Notes: generated from the sequence alone by a model not told the origin. A stretch of DNA of 64,000 nucleotides from Candidatus Cloacimonadota bacterium (GCA_963667255.1 OY762940.1:608001-672000), one strand, 5' to 3'. Shown: positions 38,802-49,225, counted from the first letter of the stretch. Program-made: numbers and translations.

Positions 38802-39391
38802 GGCTTAAAGATAATCTCTTAAAAGGATTTGTTAAAGAAAATCCAATTTTTAGTATGGCTTTGGGGCTTTGTCCGACTTTGGCAGTTACCTCCTCTTTGG
38901 AGAACTCTCTTGGTATGGGGCTTGCCTCGACTTCCGTTCTTATTGGGTCGAATGCGATAATCTCGCTCATCAAGAATTTTATTCCCGACAAAGTGAGAAT
39001 ACCTTGCTACATCGTGGTGATTGCTTCCTTTGTGTCGGTTGTTGATATGTTGATGCACGCTTTTTTGCCGGCTCTGCACAAGAGCTTGGGGCTTTTTATT
39101 CCGCTGATTGTGGTGAATTGTATCATACTTGGTAGAGCTGAGGCTTTTGCCTCCAAGAATGGAGTGTTCGACAGTCTGGTTGACGGTATCTCTATGGGAC
39201 TTGGTTTTACCTGCTCGCTTTCCGTGTTGGGCATCATCAGAGAGATATTGGGTGCTGGCAAAATATTGGGATTTCAGATTATGCCGGACTCTTATCAGCC
39301 GATGTTAATAGCGATATTGGCTCCCGGTGCTTTTATCACGCTTGGTTTCCTTATGGGGATGATCAAGATGATGCAAAAAAAGGAGAAATAG
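38798..39391 (+). CDS. rnfE: Rnf complex subunit E
   Basis: LGLCPTLAVT, FIPLIVVNC.ILGRAEAFA, PGAF. Confidence 0.95.
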   Translation: MRLKDNLLKGFVKENPIFSMALGLCPTLAVTSSLENSLGMGLASTSVLIGSNAIISLIKNFIPDKVRIPCYIVVIASFVSVVDMLMHAFLPALHKSLGLFIPLIVVNCIILGRAEAFASKNGVFDSLVDGISMGLGFTCSLSVLGIIREILGAGKILGFQIMPDSYQPMLIAILAPGAFITLGFLMGMIKMMQKKEK

Positions 39392-39394
39392 ATT

Positions 39395-40000
39395 ATGGAA
39401 CTTTTATATAAATTACTTTTTATCTCTATTTCCACCGTATTTGTTCAGAACTTTGTGTTGATGAGGTTTTTGGGGCTCTGTCCGTATATCGGAGTTTCCA
39501 AAAAACTGGATTCTGCTCTCGGAATGGGTATGGCGGTTATTTTTGTAATGAGCATGGCGTCCTGCATCACATATCTTATTCAATACTATCTACTTGTGCC
39601 TTTCGGTTTGGAATATCTGCAAACTATCGCTTTCATTTTGACGATAGCTTCTTTGGTGCAATTTTTGGAGATGGGTATCGCCAAATACGCGCCTGCTTTG
39701 TATAAGGCTTTGGGTGTGTTCTTGCCGCTTATCACCACCAACTGTGCGGTTCTCGGTGTTGCTATTTTGAATATCCAATCGACATGGGCAGACGGGACAC
39801 CGTTTAATTTTATCGAATCTATTTTGCAGGGATTTTTTGCCGGTATTGGATTTACTCTTGTGCTTGTCTTGATGGCAGGGATTAGAGAGAAGTTGGAATA
39901 TTCTCCGGTGCCTGAGTCGCTAAAAGGTATGCCGATTGCTTTCATAGTTGCAGGTTGTATGGCGTTAGCGTTTCTCGGATTTGCCGGTTTCAAAATTTAG
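39395..40000 (+). CDS. rnfA: Rnf complex subunit A
   Basis: NFVL.RFLGLCP, FLPLITTNCAVLG. Confidence 0.95.
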   Translation: MELLYKLLFISISTVFVQNFVLMRFLGLCPYIGVSKKLDSALGMGMAVIFVMSMASCITYLIQYYLLVPFGLEYLQTIAFILTIASLVQFLEMGIAKYAPALYKALGVFLPLITTNCAVLGVAILNIQSTWADGTPFNFIESILQGFFAGIGFTLVLVLMAGIREKLEYSPVPESLKGMPIAFIVAGCMALAFLGFAGFKI

Positions 40001-40015
40001 CTACTGGAGGAAATT

Positions 40016-41005
40016 GTGGAATTTATTTTATATCCGGTGGCTATCATCGGAGGATTAGGTGTTATTTACGGTTTGATTTTGGCTTTTGCTTCCGTTAAGT
40101 TTAAGGTCGAAATCGATCCCAAAATAGAGCAAGTGATGGAAGTTACTCCCGGTGCGAATTGCGGTGCTTGTGGTTACCCTGGCTGTTCGGCTTATGCCGA
40201 GGCTATCGTGAAAGAAGGTGCTGCGATAAACAAGTGTGCTCCCGGTGGTCAGGCTATGGCGGAGAAAGTGGCGAAGATTATGGGAGTGAAGGCTGGTGCT
40301 CAAAAAAGGAAGGTTGCCGTGATTTTGTGCGGTGCCGGTGGAACTGATAGAACGAACACCACATTTGAGTATAACGGAGTGAACCATTGCAAGATAATGA
40401 ACACTGTCGGTATCGGCACGAACGCTTGCACTTACGGCTGTCTCGGTGGCAATAGCTGTGTGGATGTGTGTTTGTTTGGGGCTATCTCTTTGGACGAATT
40501 TGGCAACAAAACAGTGGATAGAGACAAGTGCACCGGTTGTGGTGCTTGTGTGAAAGAGTGTCCGCGAAATTTGATTGTGTTGGCTGACATCGGCAAAGAG
40601 GTGCATGTATATTGTAGCAACAAGGACAAGGGTGCGGTTGCCAAGAAAAATTGCGGGGCAGTTGCTTGTATCGGCTGTAAAATTTGCGAAAAGAAATGTC
40701 CAGTAGGGGCTATCACTGTGGAAGATAATTTGGCACGGATAGATTATGACAAATGTGTCTCTTGTGGTTTATGTGCCTCGGTGTGTCCGACAGGAGTTTT
40801 GGTTGACAACAAAGAGAAGAGAGGAAAAGCTAGAGTTACTGACGATTGTATTGGCTGCACTCTCTGTGCCAAAGTGTGCCCGACAGAGGCTATTAGCGGT
40901 TCTTTGAAAGAGAAACATGTAGTTGACCCTGAGAAATGTATCGGTTGTGAGGCTTGCGTGAGCAAATGTCCGAAAAAGGCAATTGAAGTAGATTACGCCG
41001 ATTAG
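40016..41005 (+). CDS. rnfB: Rnf complex subunit B (long polyferredoxin form)
   Basis: TM anchor, PGANCGACGYPGC..YA, several CxxCxxCxxxCP motifs. Confidence 0.95.
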   Translation: MEFILYPVAIIGGLGVIYGLILAFASVKFKVEIDPKIEQVMEVTPGANCGACGYPGCSAYAEAIVKEGAAINKCAPGGQAMAEKVAKIMGVKAGAQKRKVAVILCGAGGTDRTNTTFEYNGVNHCKIMNTVGIGTNACTYGCLGGNSCVDVCLFGAISLDEFGNKTVDRDKCTGCGACVKECPRNLIVLADIGKEVHVYCSNKDKGAVAKKNCGAVACIGCKICEKKCPVGAITVEDNLARIDYDKCVSCGLCASVCPTGVLVDNKEKRGKARVTDDCIGCTLCAKVCPTEAISGSLKEKHVVDPEKCIGCEACVSKCPKKAIEVDYAD

Positions 41006-41026
41006 ACTTAGAGATTGAAATTGTTT

Positions 41027-41071
41027 ATGACCTTAGGGATTTTGAATAAATCTTTTAAGGTCATTTTTTTT
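41027..41071 (+). terminator. Intrinsic terminator after the rnf operon
   Basis: ATGACCTTAGGGATTT-loop-AAATCTTTTAAGGTCAT followed by a T run. Confidence 0.7.
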
Positions 41072-41097
41072 AAAAAGGAATGAAGGAGGTGAGTCGA

Positions 41098-42957
41098 ATG
41101 AGCTTGAAAAAAAATCTTGGATTTTGGGATATTTTTTGCATCTCTTCCGGAGCGATGATTAGTTCGGGATTGTTCATTTTGCCGGCAATCGCTTACGCTA
41201 TGTGTGGCAAGAGTGTTTTTGTGGCTTATTTGATAGCGGGGATTTTGGTTCTTCCGGCTCTTTTTTCCAAAGCTGAGTTAGCTACTGCTATGCCCAAAGC
41301 GGGTGGAGACTATTTCCATATCGAGAGGAGTTTGGGTCCTATCGCCGGAACTTTGTCAGGAATTTCCGCTTGGTTTTCACTCAGTTTCAAGAGTGCCTTT
41401 GCCCTTCTCGGTATCGGAGCTTTTGTTCGCATTGTCCTTCCTGATTTCCCTATGTGGCAGATTAAGCTGGTTGCGGTTGGCTTTTGTTTGCTTTTTATGC
41501 TTGTTAATATTTACAGCACGAAGCATGCGGGAGCGATGCAAATTTTCTTGGTGCTCTTCCTTTTGGCAATTCTGTTTTATTTCGTGGCGGTCGGATTGCC
41601 GAGTGTCGATTTTGGGTATTTTGATTTTGAAAAAGATTTTTGGCCGAGTCACAGAGTTTTATTGGGAACTGCCGGAATGATTTTCGTCTCTTACGGAGGA
41701 TTGACCAAAGTGGTGAGCGTCGCCGAGGAGACTGAGAACGCTTCTTTCAATATTCCCGTGGGAATGTTTACATCCTTTTTTGTGGTTACCACTCTTTATG
41801 TTTTGGTGGTTTTCATTACCGTGGGCGTGCTTAGAGGCGATTTGTTGGTAGGCGGAGAGCCGACTTTGACACCCATCTCGGATGCAGCGAATATTTTTAT
41901 GGGACCTGTGGGCAAAGTCATTTTGGCTATTGCGGCTCTCTTGGCTTTTATCTCCACAGGCAATGCCGGTATCATGGCGGCTTCCAGAACTTCTATGGCG
42001 ATGGCAAAAGACAAATTGTTGCCGAAGTTTTTCGGCAGACTATCCGGCAAGAGCCAAACTCCGATAATTTCCATTGTCATCACGGCGTTGTTTATGATAG
42101 TGGTCATTCTGTTTTTGGACATCAAGATGCTCATCAAGACCGCATCCACTCTCAAGATTTTGCTTTTTGCGACGGTGAATTTCGTGGTAATCGTGATGCG
42201 TGAGAGCAAAATTGCCAACTATCGCCCGAAATTCAAAACGCCGTTTTATCCGTGGATGCAGATTTTTGGCTTAATCTCTTACGCCTTTTTGCTTTTTGAG
42301 ATGGGGAAATCTCCTCTGCTGATTTCAGGTGGATTTTTGCTTTTGAGTTTTTTGTGGTATTGGTTTTATGGCAGAGTGCATTCGGACAGGACTTTCGTTT
42401 TGATGAATATTGTTGATAGGATTGTCGGCAAGAAATTGACTGACGAGAAATTTTCGGAAGAGTTACGAGAGATTTTATTGGACAGGGAGCAGATTGTTAC
42501 CGATTTTTTTGATGAAACTGTTTTGAAGTCGGTTGTGATTGACATTCCTGCTATTACCGATAGAGAGAGCGTTTTGGATATGATTAGCGACGAATTGTCA
42601 GGGAGATTGGGCGAGAGCAAAGATTACTATTTGCAAAAATTCCAAGAGCGAGAGGCACAGAGTTCGACCTTGATAAGTCCATTTTTGGCGATACCGCATA
42701 TCATTTTGGAGGGAAAAGAGTTGTTTGATTTGGTGATAGTTCGTTGTCGGAGAGGTATAGATTATGGAGGAGAAAATCTCGGTGTGCAAGCTGTTTTCGC
42801 CTTGGTTGGCTCTATGGACACGCGGACTTATCATCTCAAGGCTCTTGCCGCTATTGCTCAGATAGTGCAAAATCCCAAATTTGAACAAAGATGGATGGCT
42901 GCACGCACTACGCAAGATTTGAAAGATGTGTTGGTTTTGGCTTCAAGAAGGAGGTAG
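41098..42957 (+). CDS. APC-family amino acid permease fused to a C-terminal PTS EIIA-type domain
   Basis: GAMISSGLFILP, AELATAMP.AGG, about 12 TM; C-terminal ERE..SST....LAIPH; start set to ATG 41098 after GGAGGT. Confidence 0.85.
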   Translation: MSLKKNLGFWDIFCISSGAMISSGLFILPAIAYAMCGKSVFVAYLIAGILVLPALFSKAELATAMPKAGGDYFHIERSLGPIAGTLSGISAWFSLSFKSAFALLGIGAFVRIVLPDFPMWQIKLVAVGFCLLFMLVNIYSTKHAGAMQIFLVLFLLAILFYFVAVGLPSVDFGYFDFEKDFWPSHRVLLGTAGMIFVSYGGLTKVVSVAEETENASFNIPVGMFTSFFVVTTLYVLVVFITVGVLRGDLLVGGEPTLTPISDAANIFMGPVGKVILAIAALLAFISTGNAGIMAASRTSMAMAKDKLLPKFFGRLSGKSQTPIISIVITALFMIVVILFLDIKMLIKTASTLKILLFATVNFVVIVMRESKIANYRPKFKTPFYPWMQIFGLISYAFLLFEMGKSPLLISGGFLLLSFLWYWFYGRVHSDRTFVLMNIVDRIVGKKLTDEKFSEELREILLDREQIVTDFFDETVLKSVVIDIPAITDRESVLDMISDELSGRLGESKDYYLQKFQEREAQSSTLISPFLAIPHIILEGKELFDLVIVRCRRGIDYGGENLGVQAVFALVGSMDTRTYHLKALAAIAQIVQNPKFEQRWMAARTTQDLKDVLVLASRRR

Positions 42958-42960
42958 TTG

Positions 42961-45546
42961 ATGAGAGTGCGGTTTTTTCTTTTTTTGGTTTTCCCTTGTG
43001 TTTTGTTTAGTTCCACTTGGAAATGGGAATACATTAGTTCCCCCAATTTTGACGGCTACTACAAGTCAGGAGAGAAGAATAAAGCGGTTAAGGGGCTTTA
43101 TTTTCTTGAGAAACACAAAGCAGAAATTGATTCGTTGACCGGATTTTCTCAAACGGGGGCTTTTAATTTCGGTTCATATTTTTTGGAAATACCGACTGTG
43201 ATTTCCGATGGAGAATTTAATCAGAGAATCCCGATAGTTTTCCAAGATATGGGGACAGCTAACGGATATGCCGACCCGACGATTCCCAAAATTTCGTTGT
43301 TTCACAATGGGATAAGTGCTAATGAATTTGTTTGGGGAGAGAGTTGGTATAGATTGGTGGGAGTGCACGAATATACGCATATCGCCCAGATGTCGCCGAG
43401 AAGAGGCAATTTGGCGGCTGCAATTTTCGGTTATTGGCTTTGTCCCAACATCTATCAACCTTTGTGGATTTTGGAAGGCTACACTGTTTATAGTGAGTCT
43501 CAAGTTTCTTCGCACGAGGGTCGGCTCAATAATGGTGGCTTTCACGCCATAGCCAAGTCGCAAAAATTTTTCGGAACAACTCCAACTTTGGAAAGCCTCA
43601 CTTACCACTCTGCCAAGGATTTTCCTGCCGATGCTCAGTATCTCTATGGCGGGATTTTGACGGAATATCTATCGCAGACTTACGGAGAGCGGTCGTTAAC
43701 CGATTACAATAATCTTGTGGCAAAGCAAGGTTGTTTGGGGATTTTCAATATATTCTTCCCCAATCTTTTTATGAATAGGGCTGCCAAAAAAGTTTTTGGC
43801 GAGGATTTCCATTCTTTATACAAAGAGGCGATAGCAAATTTACCAGAAATAGAAATTGACACGGATTTGGAGCTGAAAGGGCAGAAAAAAGGGAGCGTTC
43901 AGGAGTTTGTGGTAAAAGATGAGATTTGCTATTACACTGTGCAAACTCACGATTTTTCAGGCTCTTCCGTGAGCAATCTGTATCGTTGGGGAAATGGGGA
44001 ATCTGAATTTATAAGAAGTTTTCTGGCTGCCGATGATTATTCGTTTCAGTTGGTTGGAGATGAGTTGTATTATAGAAAATATGTGTTCAAATCGGGATTT
44101 GCCAATGTAGAGAAGACGGGCTTTGGAGTTAGCAGAGAGCTTTGCGTTTACGATCTCACTAATAGAAAAGAGCGGTCTGTTATCTCGGAGAGCTTGGAGA
44201 GTTTCTTTGTGGATGAGCAGAAAAATATCTATTACACCAAAGAGCGAGCTGATGAGTATGGGAGTGAGTTGTATCTAAAGAAGAGCGGGGGAGAGGCTCA
44301 ATTACAGTTGACTACCGATATGAGCATTTCACAGTTGACGGGCGATGAAGAAAACGGCGTGCTGTTTTTGACTGCCAAATCGGAGCTTGGTTCTTTGGGG
44401 GTATATTCTTGGGAGGTTGGCGACAGCAAATTGAAGAGGATAATCAACTCGGAAGCGGTTGAGATTTATCCTTCCGTGAAAGATGGGAAACTCTTTTTTA
44501 CGGCGAACTATAACAAGAAATTGGGTGGCTATTGCTACGACTTGCAGAGCCTCACGCTAAACAAAATCACAGAGGCTGAATTTGCCAAAGCTGCCAGAGC
44601 GGATGGCGATTTTGCTTACTATTTAGGTTTAGGGAAAGACGGTTACAGGTTATGCCGGGACGAGATTAAAACTGAGAGAGTTGCTGTGCCTGCAAATAGC
44701 GAAGACGAGAAGTTGGATATTTCGGATTTTGCGTATGTTGATAAGGGCGGAGCGACGGCAAGAAATTTGGCTTCTCTCTTGATTCCAAATATCAGGACTT
44801 TCTACTCTTTCAATCAAGGTGCGGATTTATTGGGCTCTACCAGCTATTCGTTGGGAATGAGCGAATCGTTTTTTCTGAACGCTTCCACGACTTTTTTTGA
44901 CCCGTTCATTATCAATTTTGCCATGAGAGCGAAAAAGTATTATGCGGTTAGCGGATTTTTGCCTGTTTACACCTCATTAGATTTTGGGCTTAGCAATCTT
45001 TATCTTTTGCTTGGTTATGAGTTCGACGATGACAAGAAAGCACCGAAAGACAAAGAGTCGCTTTTTACCGGTTTTAATTTCATTTTTGGCTTTCCGCACG
45101 ACTATTTGAGCATTACCTCTACTTATGATGATGCGAATAATGTGGATTGTAAGCTGACTTGCTACCATTATTTTCTCTATTCTCAATTGGGATTTGTCGG
45201 CAGTGTGGAGAAGATTACGGATAAGGATTTGCAATGGTCGCAGATGGAGAAAGAGGCGAACCTTTTTTATTTGCAAAAAATATGTGATGTGAAAAAAGGG
45301 GTATGGACGCCGAGTGTGTATTTGCAAGATTTGAATGTGAAATTTTTTGTGGAGTATGATAAGGGTGAGGCGTCTAAAAACAGCTACGAGATGGATACCG
45401 ATTTTGGTGTCGGCTTGGTTTCTAACATTTTGACTTTGTTGGGAAATTTGAATGGGAATCTTGAGCTTGGGTCTCGTTGGGAGAAGAAGGCAGAAAACAA
45501 AGATTATCAACCTGCGTTTTACTCCAAACTACTGTTTTCGTATTGA
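42961..45546 (+). CDS. Exported protein with HExxH metallopeptidase-like domain, beta-propeller-like middle and beta-rich C-terminus
   Basis: Signal peptide; HEYTH...PLWILEG...ES; GRL; repetitive blade-like segments. Confidence 0.6.
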   Translation: MRVRFFLFLVFPCVLFSSTWKWEYISSPNFDGYYKSGEKNKAVKGLYFLEKHKAEIDSLTGFSQTGAFNFGSYFLEIPTVISDGEFNQRIPIVFQDMGTANGYADPTIPKISLFHNGISANEFVWGESWYRLVGVHEYTHIAQMSPRRGNLAAAIFGYWLCPNIYQPLWILEGYTVYSESQVSSHEGRLNNGGFHAIAKSQKFFGTTPTLESLTYHSAKDFPADAQYLYGGILTEYLSQTYGERSLTDYNNLVAKQGCLGIFNIFFPNLFMNRAAKKVFGEDFHSLYKEAIANLPEIEIDTDLELKGQKKGSVQEFVVKDEICYYTVQTHDFSGSSVSNLYRWGNGESEFIRSFLAADDYSFQLVGDELYYRKYVFKSGFANVEKTGFGVSRELCVYDLTNRKERSVISESLESFFVDEQKNIYYTKERADEYGSELYLKKSGGEAQLQLTTDMSISQLTGDEENGVLFLTAKSELGSLGVYSWEVGDSKLKRIINSEAVEIYPSVKDGKLFFTANYNKKLGGYCYDLQSLTLNKITEAEFAKAARADGDFAYYLGLGKDGYRLCRDEIKTERVAVPANSEDEKLDISDFAYVDKGGATARNLASLLIPNIRTFYSFNQGADLLGSTSYSLGMSESFFLNASTTFFDPFIINFAMRAKKYYAVSGFLPVYTSLDFGLSNLYLLLGYEFDDDKKAPKDKESLFTGFNFIFGFPHDYLSITSTYDDANNVDCKLTCYHYFLYSQLGFVGSVEKITDKDLQWSQMEKEANLFYLQKICDVKKGVWTPSVYLQDLNVKFFVEYDKGEASKNSYEMDTDFGVGLVSNILTLLGNLNGNLELGSRWEKKAENKDYQPAFYSKLLFSY

Positions 45547-45595
45547 GGGGAATAGGCGAAAAAGGGTTTGATAAAGATAATCGGGGAATGAAATT

Positions 45596-46591
45596 TTGAA
45601 AAAAATCTACAAAAAAATTCTGATAATTCGTTTCAGTTCTATTGGCGATATTATCATCACTACGCCGATTTTGAGGAGTCTGAGGGAGAAGTTTCCCGAT
45701 GCTACCATCGACTATTTGACCAAGATTGACTTTGCTCAACTTTTGACGAATAATCCCGATTTGGACAATCTGATAGGTTACGATAAGGCTAAATGCGATG
45801 TAAAGTCCCTTAAAAAAGAGTTGAAAGCGAAGGAATACGATTTGGTGGTAGATTTGCATAACAGCTTGCGTTCTCGCTATTTACGGTTCAATTTGGCTAC
45901 AACTGTTTTGGTTTATTCCAAGCCATATTTTCGCCGTTGGCTTTTGGTGAGATTTGGGATAAATTTTTTGAAAAATGCAAAATCGATTTATTCGCGTTAT
46001 TATGAGGTTTGCAAAAAATTGAATTTAGTTGAGCATAAAAGCTATTTTGTCCATTTTACTCCCAAAGAAGCCAAGAGCATTTCAGATTACACAGCGGGGA
46101 AACCCCCTATTTTAATCTCTTTATCGGCTGCTCATTTTACCAAAAAATGGGCTTTGGGAAAGTTCGCCGAGGTTGTCTCTACTTTGCAGGACGAGAATCT
46201 GGTAGTTCTTGGTGGAGCGAAAGAGAAGAAAGATGTGGAAGAGTTGAAAAGATTGTTGCCGAGAGAGAGCAAATTTGTGGATTTGTGCGGGAAGTTGGAT
46301 TTGTTGCAGACGGCAGCTCTGATGAAGGAGTCCAAGCTTTTGCTTTGTCACGACAGTGGTTTATTGCATTTGGCACAGTCGCAAAACTTGCCATGCGTGG
46401 CGATTTTCGGTTGCACTACTCGAGAGCTTGGCTTTTTCCCCATCAACGCAAATTGCGTGGTAGTTCAGGCTGATTTGCCGTGTCGCCCCTGCACCACTAT
46501 GGGGTTGAGCAGATGCCCGAGGAGACATTTTGGCTGCATGGAGATGATAACCGTTCAGACTGTTTTGGAGAGAATAAGAGAGAAATTATGA
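45596..46591 (+). CDS. Glycosyltransferase family 9 (LPS heptosyltransferase)
   Basis: KILIIRFSSIGDI, DLH..LRS, K.W, HDSGL.HLA, IFG.T, CRPC. Confidence 0.9.
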   Translation: MKKIYKKILIIRFSSIGDIIITTPILRSLREKFPDATIDYLTKIDFAQLLTNNPDLDNLIGYDKAKCDVKSLKKELKAKEYDLVVDLHNSLRSRYLRFNLATTVLVYSKPYFRRWLLVRFGINFLKNAKSIYSRYYEVCKKLNLVEHKSYFVHFTPKEAKSISDYTAGKPPILISLSAAHFTKKWALGKFAEVVSTLQDENLVVLGGAKEKKDVEELKRLLPRESKFVDLCGKLDLLQTAALMKESKLLLCHDSGLLHLAQSQNLPCVAIFGCTTRELGFFPINANCVVVQADLPCRPCTTMGLSRCPRRHFGCMEMITVQTVLERIREKL

Positions 46592-47853
46592 TTTGGCTTT
46601 ATAATTATTTGTTTTTACCGCTTATTTTTTGTGCGTTGCCGATTGCCAAAATTTTTGTCAAGAAATTGCGTGAGGGCTTAGACGCTCGTAAAGATTTGTT
46701 TGCCCGATTAGAGAGTGAACTGTCGAAATTTGATGACAACAGACAACGGGTGTTGGTCCACAGCACTTCCGTGGGCGAGTGGCTACAGGCAGAGCCGATA
46801 GTGAAAAAGCTGAAAGAGGGAAATCCGAATTTGTTGGTAATTGTCAGTTTTTTTTCGCCGTCGGGGTTCAACTTCATCAAGCCCAATCACGAAGTAATCG
46901 ACATAAAAACATATTTGCCGTTGGATACTCCAAAAAATGCCAAAAGATTTTTCTCTTTGGTCAGACCTGAATTTTGGATTATTTCCAAGCTTGATGTGTG
47001 GGCAAATCACTTGTTGGAGGCAAAACGCCGAGGGATAAAAGTTTTTTTGACTTGTGCGACTTTGACCAAACTTTCCAAGCGGGATAAAGGGCTTTCCGCT
47101 ATGTTCCACAGAAAATTGTATTCCAAGATTGATGCTATGTTCCCTATTTCTGAGGAGGATAAGAACAGGTTAGGGAATTTGTATCAAGGCGAAATGGTTG
47201 TTTGTGGAGACACGAAATACGATTTGGTGATTTCTGTCGCTAACGAGAGGAAATTTGTTACGCCTCTGCGATACGGCAAAAAAGATGTGGTTTTCATAGC
47301 CGGTAGTATTTGGGCTGAAGGTGCAAGATTTTTGTTCCCTGTGCTTAAAAAATTTTTAGATAAATATGCGAATTTCAAAGTTATTTTAGCTCCTCACAAT
47401 TTAAAATTTGTTCCAGTTTTTGCCCAAGAGTTTGCAGGTGCGAAATTGTATTCACAAGTAAAAGACGGGGAAAATCCGCAAGTTGTGGTGGTGGATAGTA
47501 TTGGGCAATTGGCAGGGCTGTATAGTTTGGCACAGATAGTTTATGTTGGTGGTGGATTTGGCACTGACGGTTTGCACAATGTGGTAGAGCCGGCTGTTTT
47601 CGGAGCGTTGCTTTTCTTCGGACCTAATTTTCATTCGTCCTACGAAGCGGAGTGTATGCTTGAGGAGAAAGTGGCGAATGTGGTCGCCGATAGCGAGCAG
47701 ATTGAGGAGTTGCTTTCTGCGTTTTTTGCTGATAGTCCCGTCATCGCCGAGCAAAGAAAAAATTGTGCCGATTTTGTCCTGAGGAATAAGGGAGCGACGG
47801 CGAAGATAGTCGCTCACATCGAGCGGATTTTGCATGAAAAGAATACCTTATAG
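46588..47853 (+). CDS. waaA: 3-deoxy-D-manno-octulosonic acid (Kdo) transferase
   Basis: VHSTSVGEW, SFFSPSG, YLPLD, GDTKYD, APH, YVGGGF..GLHNVVEPA.FG; ATGA overlap start at 46588. Confidence 0.92.
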   Translation: MIWLYNYLFLPLIFCALPIAKIFVKKLREGLDARKDLFARLESELSKFDDNRQRVLVHSTSVGEWLQAEPIVKKLKEGNPNLLVIVSFFSPSGFNFIKPNHEVIDIKTYLPLDTPKNAKRFFSLVRPEFWIISKLDVWANHLLEAKRRGIKVFLTCATLTKLSKRDKGLSAMFHRKLYSKIDAMFPISEEDKNRLGNLYQGEMVVCGDTKYDLVISVANERKFVTPLRYGKKDVVFIAGSIWAEGARFLFPVLKKFLDKYANFKVILAPHNLKFVPVFAQEFAGAKLYSQVKDGENPQVVVVDSIGQLAGLYSLAQIVYVGGGFGTDGLHNVVEPAVFGALLFFGPNFHSSYEAECMLEEKVANVVADSEQIEELLSAFFADSPVIAEQRKNCADFVLRNKGATAKIVAHIERILHEKNTL

Positions 47854-48199
47854 GGAGATTTTTCGGATTTTTACCAAGTCTGATGTGACTTTGATTTGTG
47901 TGCTTGTAGCGGTTTCTTTGGTGGTCGGTTTTTTCCAACTCACAGCGGAGTCTCCACAAATTGTGCAGATTTTCAAGAACGATTCGTTGGTTGGCGAATA
48001 CGATTTATCTAACGACCAGTTGATTGATATGGAGTGCGTTGTGGCGAAAATCGAAAATCATAAGATAAGCATTGTTTATTCTACTTGCCCGGGACAGCAT
48101 TGTGTTCATCAGGGCAGTCACTTGCCGATAGTTTGCCTGCCCAACAAGGTGGTAATTAAGGCGAAAGAGCGGAAAGAGGAGATGCTGATTAGTAAATAA
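47834..48199 (+). CDS. NusG domain II-containing protein (DUF1312-like)
   Basis: N-terminal TM; STCPGQHCVHQG, IVCLPNKVVI. Confidence 0.8.
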   Translation: MKRIPYREIFRIFTKSDVTLICVLVAVSLVVGFFQLTAESPQIVQIFKNDSLVGEYDLSNDQLIDMECVVAKIENHKISIVYSTCPGQHCVHQGSHLPIVCLPNKVVIKAKERKEEMLISK

Positions 48200-48220
48200 T
48201 CTTTAGCCGATTAAAAGCAT

Positions 48221-49213
48221 CTAAATATTCACAATCATAGAATATCCGATAAAAGAACAAGTTCCGATTCTAAATTGTCCATGTGGGGAGACCCCATTAT
48301 AATAGCGAAAATAATGCCCTATGGATTTGACGGTATTAATAAGTTTTGGTCTGTAATCGTAGCCGACATAGACACTAGCACACCAAACTCGTTCTTCATT
48401 ATCAGAATTTCTGTAATCATACTTTATTCGATTACGCAATTCCAAAGAAATATTTGGCTTCCACTGTTTACTGGTAAGGAAACCGCTGACCTTTTTATAA
48501 TTGAAATCAGCATAAAATTCGCCACTATGTTTGCTGGGATAGAGAGTGTTGTTCCCAATTTCGTTTTTAAATAGGGTGTAATATCCATTACTTGGGTTTA
48601 TCAATCCCATAAAGCCCAATCTCAAAGATAGAGTATTTTCGTCCAACATTTCAGGGTCGTTTAGAGTTAGGCTCAGTTCGTAGTATTCATAGGTTATATT
48701 CACTCTGTAAAAGCTGGAATCATCTTGAAACCCCATGATAGTAAACTCATCACCCAAGTGGGTACTTTCGTGAGCGAACGGTTTTATTTCAAACGAAAGA
48801 TTTTTGATGTAAGGGTTATTTAAAGTGAAGTGTCCCGTGAAAGAAAATCCGAACCGATAGTCGTTATTCAAAACTGGCGAGGTCTCTTTTTCCAAAGGAT
48901 ACCAAATCATATGTGAACTGATTGGCAGAGAAATAGCCCACTTGAATTTGTTTTTGTTGGAGTAAATTAACGGGACATCAATCCCGAGATGAAGATCATT
49001 TGCAGAAAAAACTTTGGTTCCTTTGCCTGAAATTTTAGTGCTTCTTACCTCACCATAAGAAATATTATTTAAGGGGCTACTGATTTCCGATACAAAGGGT
49101 TTATTAAAATCTCTACTTGTGAAAAAGTGAAATCCCTCTTCAGTTTGTGAATAAGCATAGGCAAGGGAAAAAAAGAGAGTAAGAAAACTTAGCAAATATT
49201 TCGTTAACATCAA
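48221..49213 (-). CDS. Exported DUF1207-like protein
   Basis: Signal peptide; LNNDYRFG, HESTHLGDEF, YY.G.SPHGQFR. Confidence 0.65.
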   Translation of the reverse strand: MMLTKYLLSFLTLFFSLAYAYSQTEEGFHFFTSRDFNKPFVSEISSPLNNISYGEVRSTKISGKGTKVFSANDLHLGIDVPLIYSNKNKFKWAISLPISSHMIWYPLEKETSPVLNNDYRFGFSFTGHFTLNNPYIKNLSFEIKPFAHESTHLGDEFTIMGFQDDSSFYRVNITYEYYELSLTLNDPEMLDENTLSLRLGFMGLINPSNGYYTLFKNEIGNNTLYPSKHSGEFYADFNYKKVSGFLTSKQWKPNISLELRNRIKYDYRNSDNEERVWCASVYVGYDYRPKLINTVKSIGHYFRYYNGVSPHGQFRIGTCSFIGYSMIVNI

Positions 49214-49225
49214 AAATTTCCCTTT

